From assembly GCA_964270895.1 (NCBI GenBank), contig OZ185452.1: 64,000 nt of DNA; one strand, written 5' to 3'. A program made the translations under genes and the position numbers. The notes below the pieces were generated by a model that worked only from the letters and a program-made list of their open reading frames with translations, had not been told where the DNA came from and searched no databases. Positions 48,170 to 60,105 of the stretch are shown piece by piece (the stretch's first letter is position 1; every line of letters starts with the position of its first letter). The DNA is from Podarcis filfolensis. Lineage: Eukaryota.

Positions 48170-48483
48170 GCAAGCGGAACCAAGACAATTTGGCCATGAT
48201 GGTAACGCAGAGGAAGGCTTTTCCACTGCTGGCACCAGTCTTGGGCTGAGGTAATGTTTAGTGGGATTTTCTTTGGAGGGGTGCTGCTGTTACTGATATT
48301 AATTTTTGTATTTTTAGATCTTCTTATGATTGATGTGAAAATTGTTCAGTTTGGTAGTGTACTTTTTAATGCGTTTTATTTATCGTTTATTACCATTTTT
48401 GAAATGTTTGTAATTATGTACATCTCATGTTGCAGGCCGCCTTGAACATGGTTTCAACTATGGAGAAAGGCGGCATACAAATA
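48170..48483 (+). mobile_element. L2-like LINE 3' end
   Basis: T-rich 3' UTR ending GGCCGCCTTGAACATGG...AAAGGCGGCATACAAATA. Confidence 0.55.
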
Positions 48484-48725
48484 CAGTGGTACCTCGGGTT
48501 AAGTACTTAATTCGTTCCGGAGGTCCGTTCTTAACCTGAAACTGTTCTTAACCTAAAGCACCACTTTAGCTAATGGGGCCTCCTGCTGCTGCCGCGCCAC
48601 CGGAGCACGATTTCTGTTCTCATCCTGAAGCAAAGTTCTTAACCTGAAGCTCTATTTCTGGGTTAGCGGAGTCTGTAACCTGAAGCGTATGTAACCTGAA
48701 GCGCATGTAACCCGAGGTACCACTA
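48484..48725. mobile_element. pogo/Tigger-like MITE
   Basis: CAGTGGTACCTCGGG / CCCGAGGTACCACTA, TA flanks; CpGs intact. Confidence 0.9.
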
Positions 48726-48799
48726 TACAACGATAGTGGCAGTGGTGATGTTGCAGAATGCCCTCTCTGATGAAATACAAGAGGCCCTATCTCTGCCTC

Positions 48800-48990
48800 C
48801 TGTGGGAGTGAGTTCCACAGTTAACTATGCCGCTGAGTGAAGAGTGCTTTCTTTCGTTTATCTGCCCTGAATTCCATTCCAACAAGTTCTATTTGCTTTC
48901 TCCATGCTATGCATCATTTTATAAACTCGCCTCTTACTCGCCTTTTCTCCAAACTAAGAAGTCCCAAATGCTGCAACCTTTCCTCCTGCA
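48800..48990 (-). mobile_element. CR1 3' ORF2 fragment
   Basis: CTTACTCGCCTTTTCTCCAAACT...AAATGCTGCAACCTTTCCTC. Confidence 0.72.
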
Positions 48991-49425
48991 TTCCTGCCCC
49001 TCCACTCCCCATGGAAGGGGGAACTGCCAGCTGGCAAGGAGGTTACTGACTGCTTGCCAGAGATGGTTTTCTCACCCTGCATTAGCCCAGGAAAATGTAG
49101 AGTAGGATAGAGAGAAGGTTAAGGGGGAAAAGAGAAGGGGGGCTTTATAGTCTCAGGGCAAAGGAGGACCTGGAAGCAATTATGACAAGCAATTTCCCAA
49201 GGAAGCAGGGGCCATCATCAAACGTCTTCAAAGTGATGGCCCAGGCCCAGGCAAGTAGAAAAAAAAGAGAGCAAGGAAACAGCTCAAGACGCATTATCAC
49301 AAGGCTGGCCCGTGCAATCCCTCTTTCCAGCTTCAACATAAAAAGGGACAAATCAACACAACACCACTCAATATTGGGGCGGGGGGACACGGTTAAGCCA
49401 TAAAGCAAGAAGTCTCTTTAGCTAT

Positions 49426-49679
49426 GAGAGCCAGTGTGGTGTAGTGGTTAAGAGCGGTAGACTCGTAATCTGGTGAACCGGGTTCGTGTCTTCGCTCCTC
49501 CACATGCAACTGCTGGGTGACCTTGGGCTAGTCACACTTCTTTGAAGTCTCTCAGCCCCACTCACCTCACAGAGTGTTTGTTGTGGGGGAGGAAGGGAAA
49601 GGAGAATGTTAGCAGCTTTGAGACTTCTTAGGGTAGTGATAAAGCGGGATATCAAATCCAAACTCCTCTTCTTCTTCTT
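49426..49679 (+). mobile_element. Young Squam3-type SINE (resembles lacertid Squam3B), full length
   Basis: GAGAGCCAGTGTGGTGTAGTGGTTAAGAGCGG head, GGGTGACCTTGGGCTAGTCAC core, (CTT)n tail. Confidence 0.85.
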
Positions 49680-51884
49680 ATCCTGTCTACCAACCGTTAG
49701 TCCTCTCCTTATCCATGAACTTCTCGGCTCCAAAATAAGTTCATAACTACAGACTGACCTGTACAGAGGGAGAGAAGGGGCCTGCATCAAGTCTGCTGAG
49801 AAGCCAGCTGCCCCAGGTCCCTCCTTCCCATCAAGTGGGAAAGGAATTAAAGAAGGGAAGCAGAACCACACCATCAGCACAGCTGAGACTTTTAGGCCCT
49901 CTTCTCTTTGTGCGCCTTGTACAACAGAAAATCAAGATTTAAACAAGACTCCCTAATGTCCACAGGTTACTTAATCATATTCCTGCACTTTGGGGGCTCT
50001 CCCTCAGAAAAAGAAAAACCAGATATTGGGGAGGTAGCAGAGCAAGTCCTACTTAACAAAGGGAAGTTTCTATTGTCATTCACCAGTGGACTGAAGACCA
50101 TACCACCCTCTCTGTATCTGAACCTACAGCAGACCTCTTGAAACAACTGCCTACATCTGCCTTCTCCATGCTCTCCACATGTTTGGAGCTACAACTCCCA
50201 CCGTGGCTGTGCTAGCTGGGGCTGATGGGAGCTGTAGTCCAAAATATATGGAGTTGAAGCAGCCTGGTCTGCATGGACACGTTTGTGCAACTCCGCTGGA
50301 TAGGGGCCAATCCACTTCAAACCTCATGGGTATTCTTGCTTCTTTTATTCTGTGAGCTGAAGCCTTTTCCTCCGCTCTCCATTTTCCCTTCCCTTCTTCT
50401 GATTTTGTTGCTCTTGATGAAAGAGGTATGAAAACCAAAAAGCTCAATAGAAGCTTACATTAAGGGATAGGGGGAAATATTTCATTTCTGCCTGAAGACA
50501 AACAAAAAAGGGTGGATAAGCAGCAGCTGACTCAAACAGAATCCAAAGTTTCCAGGGATTTCCTGTATGATATACCATAACCCCGTGGTCTTCCTACTGC
50601 CACTTTTGGTGTATCTGAAACATAGTCCAATACTTATTTATTTGATTTCATGCAATTTATACACCACTAGATTGTAAGAAAGAAAGAAAGAAATTCAGCT
50701 TCATTGGATGCCCCAACAGCCCCTGGCAGCACAGGCAATGGACAGAGATGATGCAACTGGTAGTCCAACAATGTCTGGAGGGTGCCACATTGCCTACCCT
50801 GATGTAAGAAAATAAGACTGGGCAACTGCCGGTGAATTTCTCTATTTCATCTCCAAGGAGCATTCCACCATCAGTCCAAAGGTACCAGCCGCAAGCCAGG
50901 TGATTTGCGTCCCTCAATCAGCCTGCACTAAATAGAACTTCCTCTCTAAATGGAGGGAAGTGAGGGGCCATTAAGCTTGCAGCCTCCACCCACACGCCTT
51001 TCAGCACCCTGCAGGGCATGAAATAACCAACTGCCATCTCTCTCTGCAAGAAGGTGGTGCTGGAAGATTTTCTCCCTGTCACTAGCCTCACAGTGGAAAT
51101 TCAGATCCCTGATAATGAGGAGGTTCAGCATGGAGGATGAGAGGTGTCCTCATTAAAAGAATTACTAAAGAGAAAAATGAAAACCTCTGCTCCTCCAGGT
51201 TACCTTATCATCCTCAGCAGGATTTTGCTCTTAAACCGCCACCGGATTTTGCAAAAAAGCGGAAATAGTGCAAAAAGTTGCATTGGCAGGAGCAGGATTT
51301 TTATGGGTGTTCGGTTAGCATGAAAGCGAATTCTGTGAACCTGGCAGATGCAGAAATCAGATCTGGAAGGGGCTGGGGGAGAGGGGGAGCCCCCTCCCCA
51401 ACCTGAACTGAAGCCAGTGAAGTACATGGAGAGGATAATGGACAATTTCCATCAGGATCAGGCCTAGGTTGATCCTGGAAGGCTGAGCCAGTGTGGGATA
51501 GGGGTTGAGTGTTGGGCTACGTACTCTGATATGCCAGTCACCACCCTTTTCCTCCAGCACTCCCCTGCTTCCCAGTCTTGGATCCATGGACCAGGCACCC
51601 CTAGCCACAAGGGACGGTTAGAAGGAGCCAGACAAGCAAGGCCAGGCTGGCTTGTGTCCAGGAAATGACCTGGTCAAGGCCAGGAAGTATTTTCAGCCAG
51701 GGTGTTTGGGTGCACAGGGTCAGATTGCTCTAAAAACACAATATGATGTTTCAAGCAGCTGCGTGGTGTTTTCCCCCTTTTGGATCAGGTCTCCTCAGGG
51801 CCAAAGAGGCAAGGTCTTAGCCGACTCTGCTTCTTCTTCTGGGTCTCCATGGAAATGCTGTAATGCCTGGTAGCAAGGACAGGG

Positions 51885-52725
51885 CACCTCCCGTATGAGG
51901 AAAGGTTGCAGCGCTTGGGACCTTTTAGTTTAGAGAAAAGTCGAGTAAGAAGTGGCAGGATAGAAATAAATAAAATTATGCCTGGCACGGAGAAAGTGGA
52001 TACAGAAAAGGTTTTCTCCCTCTTTCCTAACACTAGAACTCAGTGACGTGCGGTGAAGTTGAATGATGGAATATTCAGGACAGGAACAAGAAAGTCCTTC
52101 TGCATGCAGCACGTAGTTAGACTGTCAACCTCACTCTCATGGGAGGCACAGATGGCCACCACTTGCATAGCTTTAAAAGAGGATTAGAAAAATTCATGGA
52201 GGACAAGGCTATGAGCCATGGTGGTTATGCTCTGCCTCCAAAGTCAGAGGCAGCAATGCTTCTGAATACCAGATGCTGAAAACTACAAGGGGGAGAGATG
52301 CTCTTGTCAGGGGCTTTTTACCCATAGAGGCTAGTGGCGCGAGGCGCCAAGTTCTGGAGGGCGCCAGGGAAGAGGCGGAGACTGGACGCGGTGCCTCCCA
52401 GCACCAGCTCACCGCCCTCGCCCGCCTCCGCCATGCCGCGCCCGGAGTCTCCGTTTGCTGTGACAACCGCGGCACAAAGCGGCCAGCAGAGCCGGGAGGC
52501 GCCGCAGCCAGCCTCCGCCTCTTCCCCACCAGAGGAGCTGCCCTCCAGCTGCTGCCCACCTCCTCCAGCCCCACCATCCTCCCTAAAAAAAGGTTGACAA
52601 CTCTGGGAAACAGGGGGGCGGGCGCCAGAGGGAGCTTTGCACCATGGCGCCGGATATGCTTAAGACGGCCCTGGCTCTTGTCCTCAGGACCTGCTTGCAG
52701 GTTTCCCACAGGCAGCAGGTTCTTC
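51885..52725 (+). mobile_element. CR1 3' fragment interrupted by a GC-rich hAT element
   Basis: CCGTATGAGGAAAGGTTGCAGCGCTTGGGACCTTTTAGTTTAGAGAAAAG (PYEERLQRLGxFSLEK) through 3' UTR. Confidence 0.88.
52308..52673. mobile_element. GC-rich hAT (Tip100/MER45-like TIR) non-autonomous element
   Basis: Perfect 8-bp TSD GCTCTTGT (52300-52307, 52674-52681); TIRs CAGGGGCTTTTTA / TAAGACGGCCCTG. Confidence 0.88.
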
Positions 52726-53633
52726 TTGTGTTCCAGAGCCGGGACCGTTTTCCTCCCAGACCCAGACCCAGTCTTTCCTCACCATACTTTAGTCAAAGCC
52801 GTATTCACTTCCAGGCAAACCTCCAGCGCTCACTTGCCAGGGGTCTGCAGGGTCAGAAGGAAGTAGGCGGAGCAACCCATGTTAATTTTATCTTCATACA
52901 AAAACAGCCCTTCTCTATACACACAAACATCTCTCTCCCAGGCAAGCAAGACAAATTACCAGACTTCAAGTACGCATTCTAATCCAGCCAAAAACACTCA
53001 AGCAGGATGCAGAGCTGAACTGGTATGGGGGAGTGGCCTGGGGAGAGTCCCAAGGGCCAGGCAGAGGGTCTTGGAGGGCATTCAGCCCCTGGGAGTGACG
53101 TCCCCCATCCCTGTCTGTGCCGCTCTCCACACACACCCTTTCACTTGTCATCAGGATTGGCCCAGCAAACATGTTTTGAGGAAACACTGTAATAATTATG
53201 CACTGCAGATCAGGGAGATAAGCCGAGGAGGAGAGGCTTAAGGCCTCTTTACAAAAGAAGAAACATCACCAAGGGCAACTAGGTTATGCTTCTTTCCCCT
53301 AGAGGTGTCGCCCCGAGGTCAGTCCCCAAGACTTAGACCCTCCAAGGGCCAGTTAATACATTCTGCCTGATCTAGTGGCAAACCTTTTCCTGAGCTGTGC
53401 CACTTCACACTGTGTTGAGATGGTGGGCAGCCATGAGGGGAAGAAAACACATGATTGTGTACGTCATAAAAAAGTAATCTTCTAGCAGACAGAAAACTAG
53501 CAATTCAGGAAGGGGGCAAGATGGAACCCCTTCTCTCCCACATGCAGGGAGTTTTAAATAAGGGTGAGCGGTCAGAGATGCAATCCTCCACCTGCAAACG
53601 GATAGCATTATATTTCACACTTGACACTTAAAG

Positions 53634-53812
53634 GAGAGGTCCACACTGTATATTTAAAGCACACCCAATGCTCATTTAGAGCACATGACTTCCCCTATAA
53701 GAATCCTGGGAATTGTAGTTTGTTAAGGGTACTGGCAATTGTAGGTAGAACGACAGTTCCCAGGATTTTGGGGGGGAAGTTGGATGCTCTAAATGGATGA
53801 TGTGGATCTGCC
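53634..53812. mobile_element. Short Harbinger-like palindromic MITE variant
   Basis: GGTCCACACTGTATATTTAAAGCAC...GAATCCTGGGAATTGTAG / CAGTTCCCAGGATT...GATGTGGATC. Confidence 0.6.
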
Positions 53813-53814
53813 TA

Positions 53815-54105
53815 TGATTCTGTTGAATGTATTGTTAGAGCAACAAACCAATAAGTGAATTCTACAGCAATTCATAACTGCAAAAATACATACATATCAA
53901 TGCACACCATAAGGACCCGTCTACTCCCAAATTCATTTCACAACATTACAATCACAAACACTATTACTATTCGCTCTATTATACTGACATTCAAGTTCAT
54001 TGTAAAAGAGCCGATATAAAACCAATGGATTTCAAGGTCAATCTTTAGAAATAGCAAAAACCACATCATTTTAAAATCGCTACATATTTATCACCAGAAA
54101 CAAAG
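53815..54105 (-). mobile_element. LINE 3' end (L1- or RTE-X-like)
   Basis: Minus strand FVSGDKYV-like remnant followed by a T/G-rich 3' UTR. Confidence 0.4.
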
Positions 54106-54591
54106 CCTTCCCCAGCTTAGTGCCCTCCAGATGTTTTGGACTACAACTCCCATCAACCCCAACAAGCAGCTGTACTGGCTAAGGATGAAGGGAGCTGACA
54201 TTCAAAACAGTCAAGATGACGTGAGTTTGTGGTCCAAAATGGCAGTGCTGATTGAAGTCGATGGGAGTTGAGAGTTGGAAATAGCTACTGTATGTTGGTT
54301 GGGCTGAAGGAAGTGTGTCATCCAAAACATTTGTAAGGCGACCAAGCTTGGGTAATCAGGGAACATCATTCATCAATATCCAAAACTCTTCCCATCTGTT
54401 ACCATTCTCTCACTCCAGCCCAGCTGGATCCCACCAAAACGTGGCAGAAACACAGGGTGTGACCCCTCAGCACCACACTCCAAAGAGCAACCCCCTTCCA
54501 ATCATCTCAGAGGTCCCAGGCATAGACTGGTGTCTTCTCCCTCATGGAAGCCCCAGGTTTTTCATCAGCAAACCAATAAACAAAAAACTAG

Positions 54592-54715
54592 GAGCACATA
54601 AGAACACAAAAAGAGCCTGTTGGATCAGATCAATGGCCCATCCAGTCCAGCATCCTATTCTCACAGTGGCCAACAAGATGCCTGTGGAAAACAGGTAAGC
54701 AGGAAGCAAGCAGGA
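54592..54715 (-). mobile_element. CR1 3' end fragment
   Basis: ACATAAGAACAC tail, CCAGCATCCTATTCTCACAGTGGCC. Confidence 0.78.
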
Positions 54716-55714
54716 TTCAAGTATATTATTCCCTCACCAACCAGGCTACCTCCCACATTACGCTTGGGGCCTCTGTGATGTCTCCCCACCAGAAGGGGTT
54801 GAAAAAGCAAGCCTTTTGTAAATACCCTGGAATCTGTCACTCACTGGAAACAAAACACACACACATGCACATAATCTAGGACAGCTGCTGATCAGCTGTG
54901 GCAGCACTTGTAAGGAACAGATTTTGCACATTTTTTTTAAAAGGAGAAGCTGTGTGCATAAAGCAAGCCTGCCTCAGTCCTTCTCTTGTATTAGAACACA
55001 AGGATCTGCAGCACAGCTAAAAAAATATATGAAGCTGCCTCAGATTCTGTCCCTCTAAGCCAATGTCGTCTGTTCGGACTGGCAGTAGCTCGGAGGGCCT
55101 CAGGTAGAGGCCTTTCCTAGCCCTCTTTCCTCTGCCACTAAGCTATGGGCCTTCAAATCCATCTCATCAGCCTGTAATTCGTTCATAATCCATAATCAGA
55201 TGGGGAATAAGTGCACACACACACACTTTGCTTTTCCAAGGGGTCTGAGCAAAAGTCAGATCCAGTGCAATTAACCTGAGCTTTGAAAAGCAATAGAGCT
55301 AAAAGAGGAAGTGAGAGAGAATGCCACTCTTCCAACTTACTCCTTTGGAAGACCTGAGGGGCATCATGCTGATGTATACTGTAGGCACAGCCAATCACCT
55401 CTGGCATTGCTGTCCAAGCAGGGCTGACCCCAGAGGGCAAAAAGACCCAGAGTCCCATCACTCTCACCTTGCACAGAGTATCAGAAGCAGAGGAATGCAA
55501 GGAATTCCATTCCATTTTGTGGAGTGAGCTCCCTGACAAGATTAGGCTCTCACTAACGATAGAGAAGACTTTCGCAAAGGTTAAAGACCCTTCTATCTTC
55601 CTGGTGTTTCCTGGTTATCGCTAATGAGTTCTTTTATAGTTCTGGCTGCCGTAGCTGCTAGAATTGTGTGTTGTGGCTATCTGGATGTTTTCGTTTTAAC
55701 GGTTTTCTTTCTTA

Positions 55715-55928
55715 TTTAATTAATTAATATCCAACCTTTTTCTCCTAGAAGCTCAAGGTGCTGCATCTTCGCCTCCTCATTTAACCCCCACAACAATGCA
55801 GGGTAAGTTAGGCTGAGAGGCAGGGGCTGGCCCTTGGTCAACCAGCAAGCTTCAGGGCCAAGTAGGGGATTTGAACCCTGGTCTCCCAGGTCCTAGCCTG
55901 ATGCTCTAACCACTACACCACACTGGCT
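55715..55928 (-). mobile_element. Squam3/MIR-like SINE
   Basis: GGGGATTTGAACCCTGGTCTCCCAGGTCCTAG...CTCTAACCACTACACCACACTGGC. Confidence 0.82.
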
Positions 55929-56472
55929 CTTGTTAACTTCCTTGAGATTTATAAATGAAAAGTGGCATACAATAAAGCAGGAGGAGATTCGTGAGTTGCA
56001 GCATATTCCCCTGCCCACTCCCCTTGGAGGGTAAGATGGGTTTCACTGTGGGCATCTTGCTCAAAGTTCTGGGGTTGGCACCAAGCACATGGTGGGGAAA
56101 TGACGAATACAATCCTGGATGCTTGAAAGTCCCTGCCCTGCATCCACTCTCCTACAGCATATGTTCCAAACAGCCTGTTGTTTCACACCCTGCAACTGGT
56201 GGGAGAATATTTTGAACTGTTGATAACATATCTCAAGAGCACTGTGTTTCTTCTTACAAAGCTTTAACCCAGAAAACTGTTTCCTATTTGCAGAGTCTGG
56301 GCTGTTGCTAATTCAATGAAGGCAACAGACAAAGATGGAGAGGAGCCTCTAACATTGCTTCAGATCCCACTTGACTGATCAGTTTGGGGTGGATGTGCTT
56401 CTTCTTCTAGTTCAACTAGTGTTAGGAATTGTTTAAATGTACTGTTTTAACACGTCTTACCAAAAATTACGA

Positions 56473-56748
56473 TAATGGTGAGGAACCTTTTTCAGCCCAA
56501 GGGCCTCATTCCCTCTTGTCGAAGCTTTGGAGGTCCGCATGTCAGTGGTGGGTGGAGCCAAAGGCAAAAGTGGGTGTGGCAACAGATGTGACAGAAGTCT
56601 GCCATGCAAGAGTCAGCTCCCTACGCTTCCCCGTCTTCAATTCAGGAAAACAAAAGGCATGGAGGGATATAGTCTGAGGAGAATCCAAAGGGCCCAAATA
56701 GAGAGGCCTGAAGTGCCCTTTGGGGGACACTTAGGTTCCTCACCCTTA
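56473..56748. mobile_element. hAT non-autonomous element
   Basis: TIRs TAATGGTGAGGAACCT / AGGTTCCTCACCCTTA; degenerate TSD AATTACGA / AATTACTG. Confidence 0.75.
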
Positions 56749-57339
56749 AATTACTGTAAGCTGCTTTAGACGAAGGGTTGATGGAGCAGACCATTTTCTA
56801 TCAGTTTTTGCAGGTCTTTATTTTATAAGTCCATTCTGTTCCGTGGCAGCATGAATCTAAAAGCTTTTTATTTATTTATTTTTTAAAAACTCCCCACAAG
56901 GCTTTAAATGCATACTTAAATGTGTTTCATCACAAAATGCACATCTAAGCACGCTTTTTACCTCAATATTTCTAAAGATATTTAATATAAAATGCAGACT
57001 TTATGACTTTTGCTACAAGAACTGCAATACAAAATGCACAAAATTGAAAAGTGGATCACATTACGGTCCTTTTTCTCAGTCCGGGAAGTACAAATTAGGT
57101 CAGTTGGCTTAAAAATGTGGGCCATACAAACTTCTCTGCCACCCCTGGTTTGGAGACATTTATAGGGGGTGCCTCTATAGTATAATAAAAGACATAAATA
57201 AATGCAGCTCGGACAGTGATCCACTGTACAAGAACTGGGGGTGTTACAAGCATGGCTCTATTTTCCTTTATGAAATCATGAAGGGTACAATATTTAACCC
57301 GACCCTTCTGGGACCTGACACAGCCTCAGAACATCATGA

Positions 57340-57705
57340 TCTGCCTTATACTGTATCAAGTCATCTACTTATTCACGCAGCACATAGGTAGACTGTGGAA
57401 TTCTCTCTCACAGGAGGCAGCGATTGTCATCAACTTGCATGGATTTAAAAGAGGATTGGGGAAACTCATGAAAGCTAAAGGCTATCCATGGCTACTGGCC
57501 CCAATAGCTATGCTCTGCCTCCGCGGTCAGAGGCCCTAATGCTTCTGAATAACAGTTGCTGTAAACCACAGGAAGGAAGAGGGCTCTTGTGCTCGAGTCC
57601 TGCTTGCTGGTTTCCTACAGGCATCTGGTTGGCCACTTTGAGAACAGGATGCCGGACTAGATGGGCCATGGGCCTGATACAACAGGACTCTTACTATGTT
57701 CTTAT
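57340..57705 (+). mobile_element. CR1 3' fragment
   Basis: FTQHIGRLWNSLSQEAAIVINLHGFKRGLGKLM, then 3' UTR and tail. Confidence 0.85.
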
Positions 57706-58189
57706 ATTTGTTCTCTGTCCTCCGCCCTACATCTGTTTCCCCTCTCCAACCCCCCCATCCCACCCACACAAATGAAACCAATGTTTTTTTTGGGGGGGGG
57801 CGATGACAAGGAGAGAACCACAAAGGAACCCTTGCTAAAATACTTACAACATGCAAGGCTTGTGAAACTTCACATCAAGCAAAGAAGAGGCACTGGCAGG
57901 TGTCACACTGCAATGTGTGTGGGGGGGGGTCATCACCCAATTTACACACAGCACCCATATTATCTCAGGCCTGTGGCCACTAATGTTGCGGTGAAGGAGA
58001 GGGTGTGTGTCTAAGGGTGTATGTGAGGTGTGGGGCTGGAGAAATCCATTCAGAAATTATCAACAACCTAAATCTGGCTTCACCCACCTGATACCAGATG
58101 TTTGGGACTCCTATTCCCACCAGCTGAAGACTGACGGATTAGACAACAGTATTTATTGGTACATGAGGAAATGGGGAAAAGTCTTAGCC

Positions 58190-58345
58190 GGGCCACTAAT
58201 CCATTTGGCTCAATGCTGCTCACGCTGATTGACAGCAACTGTCCAGTGTTTCCAGGCAGGGGACATTTCCAGGGTTATCTGGAGATGTCAGGGATTGAAC
58301 CCGCAATCTTTTTCGTGCAAAGCAGATGCTCTACCATGGGCTTTC
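58190..58345 (-). mobile_element. tRNA-derived SINE (Squam2-like)
   Basis: GGGATTGAACCC...GCAAAGCAGATGCTCTACCA. Confidence 0.65.
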
Positions 58346-58928
58346 AGATTGTTACTTCCTTACATGCCCCTCAACAGGGACATGAAGAGCCCAGGTTATG
58401 GTCTGAAGGCGCACGAGGCTCCCGCTTTGCTAAAATTAAGCAGGCCCCAGTCTGATAAGAGCCTAGATGGGAGACAGTCTGGGAACCATGTATGAAATAA
58501 ATCAATTAATTAACATGCACTGTTTTGGGTTCCACGGTGGAAGAAAGGCTGCATGCAAAATGAACAAATAACTTCCAACGTTTCACAGACAAAAATTGGG
58601 CATCCTTATTTTCACCCCAAGGAATTTTCCCATCCTCTCATATTCCTGAAGGCTCCGACTGCTATATGATTTTGTATACTTTGCAGTAGCACTGTTTCCA
58701 AAAGCAACAAGAAGAAGAGGAGGAAGACTTTTGGCTAAAGATACGTTTGGAAAACAGACTCTCGTCCTACAATCTGTTATCAACAGTTACTTTTAACAGT
58801 TACACAGGTGAACTTTGCCAGTGTGTGAAAAATGGCAGGCTGTGTGAGATATGCAGGTGCTACATGCACTCGAGACAAGCTGCCTCCGCCCTCCACAGTA
58901 CATATATTGAACTTATATAGGTATAACA

Positions 58929-59273
58929 CATGGGTAGGCAAACTAAGGCCCGGGGGCTGGATCTGGCCCAATCACCTTCTAAATCCAGCCCGCAGACGGT
59001 CCAGGAATCAGTGTTTTTTTTTACATGAGTAGAATGTGTCCTTATATTTAAAATGCATCTCTGGGTTATTTGTGGGGCCTGCCTGGTGTTTTTACATGAG
59101 TAGAATGTGTGCTTTTATTTATTTAAAATAAATAAATATTTATTTAAAATGCATCTCTGGATTATTTGTGGGGCACAGGAATTCATCCATTCCCCGCCCC
59201 CCCAAAAAATATAGTCCAGCCCCCCACACTGTCTGAGGGACAGTGGACTGCTGAAAAAGTTTGCTGACCCCTG
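58929..59273. mobile_element. hAT (Charlie-like) MITE with internal duplication
   Basis: Same family as 20987-21228; CATGGGTAGGCAAAC / GTTTGCTGACCCCTG. Confidence 0.85.
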
Positions 59274-59837
59274 GCATAATACCAGGGACCAGAAAACAGA
59301 GGTACTTTTTCCTGTAAAAAAATGTTATCATAGAACTCATCTGAAAAAACAGGCTCCAGCCCCATCACAGCTTACACCCCAATAAATCTGTTCATCTTTC
59401 AAATGCCACAGATCAGTTGGTTGCCTCTGCTTCAGCAAATGAGTGATTAAACAAAGTGAGACACGGGAGATCCAGGACCAATTCTCCAGATCTTTCCTTT
59501 AAAAACAAACAAAATGCAAGTGGGAAGGAATTGGATCAGGGACTCAACACTGTGCAGGAGAGGTATGAGAGCAGGAGGTAATAACCCTTTCTCCCTGCAC
59601 AGTTTTCCCTCTCAATCATCTAAAATACACACACACACACATTGTTAGTCAGTATTTGTCCCATCAGGAGAGAATTATAGTTATACCTGTAAGTTGTCCC
59701 ATTAAGGGCAGAATAGGAGACTGTAAACTAGAAATACAAGGAACTCAGAACCCCCAACCAACTTTTCTTCTTCCAAAATTGTCTAGTTTGGTCCTTATAA
59801 TGAATCAGCCTTTTGACCCACCTAACCTAATGTTATC

Positions 59838-59968
59838 AGCTCCAGCCTCCTCCAATCCAGATGTTTGGGACTACAAACGCCATCAGCCCCACCCAGTGTT
59901 GACTGGACCCGATGAGATGGTAGCTGAAATTCCAAACATCTGGAGGGCCCCAGGGTTGGGGAAGGCTG
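59838..59968. mobile_element. Short palindromic hAT MITE
   Basis: CCAGATGTTTGGGACTACA ... CATCTGGAGGGCCCCAGGGTTGGGGAAGGCTG. Confidence 0.7.
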
Positions 59969-59971
59969 CTC

Positions 59972-60105
59972 TCCTCTGACTGGCAGCATGTCTCCAAGGT
60001 CTCCAGCTGAGAAAGGGACTTTCTGATGCATCATCAGCTATTCCATCCCTTCAGATGCTGCCAGCGACTGAATCTGGGACCTTTGCAAGTGCTCTTCTAC
60101 TGAGC
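59972..60105 (-). mobile_element. tRNA-derived SINE (Squam2-like) fragment
   Basis: CTGACTGGCAGCATGTCTCCAAGG...CTGGGACCTTTGC...GCTCTTCTACTGAGC. Confidence 0.55.

Noticed and set aside
49426-49510. tRNA gene (A and B boxes); likewise other SINE heads
   Set aside because: No complete cloverleaf or acceptor stem; the head runs into a SINE body and tail that recur throughout the window.
50850-51450. LINE endonuclease remnant (LIIRDLNFH resembling GDFN)
   Set aside because: A single weak motif with no colinear supporting motifs that I could confirm by eye.
52209-52866. 166-aa and 197-aa ORFs
   Set aside because: They span a TSD-flanked GC-rich hAT insertion and CR1 sequence; no transposase motifs.
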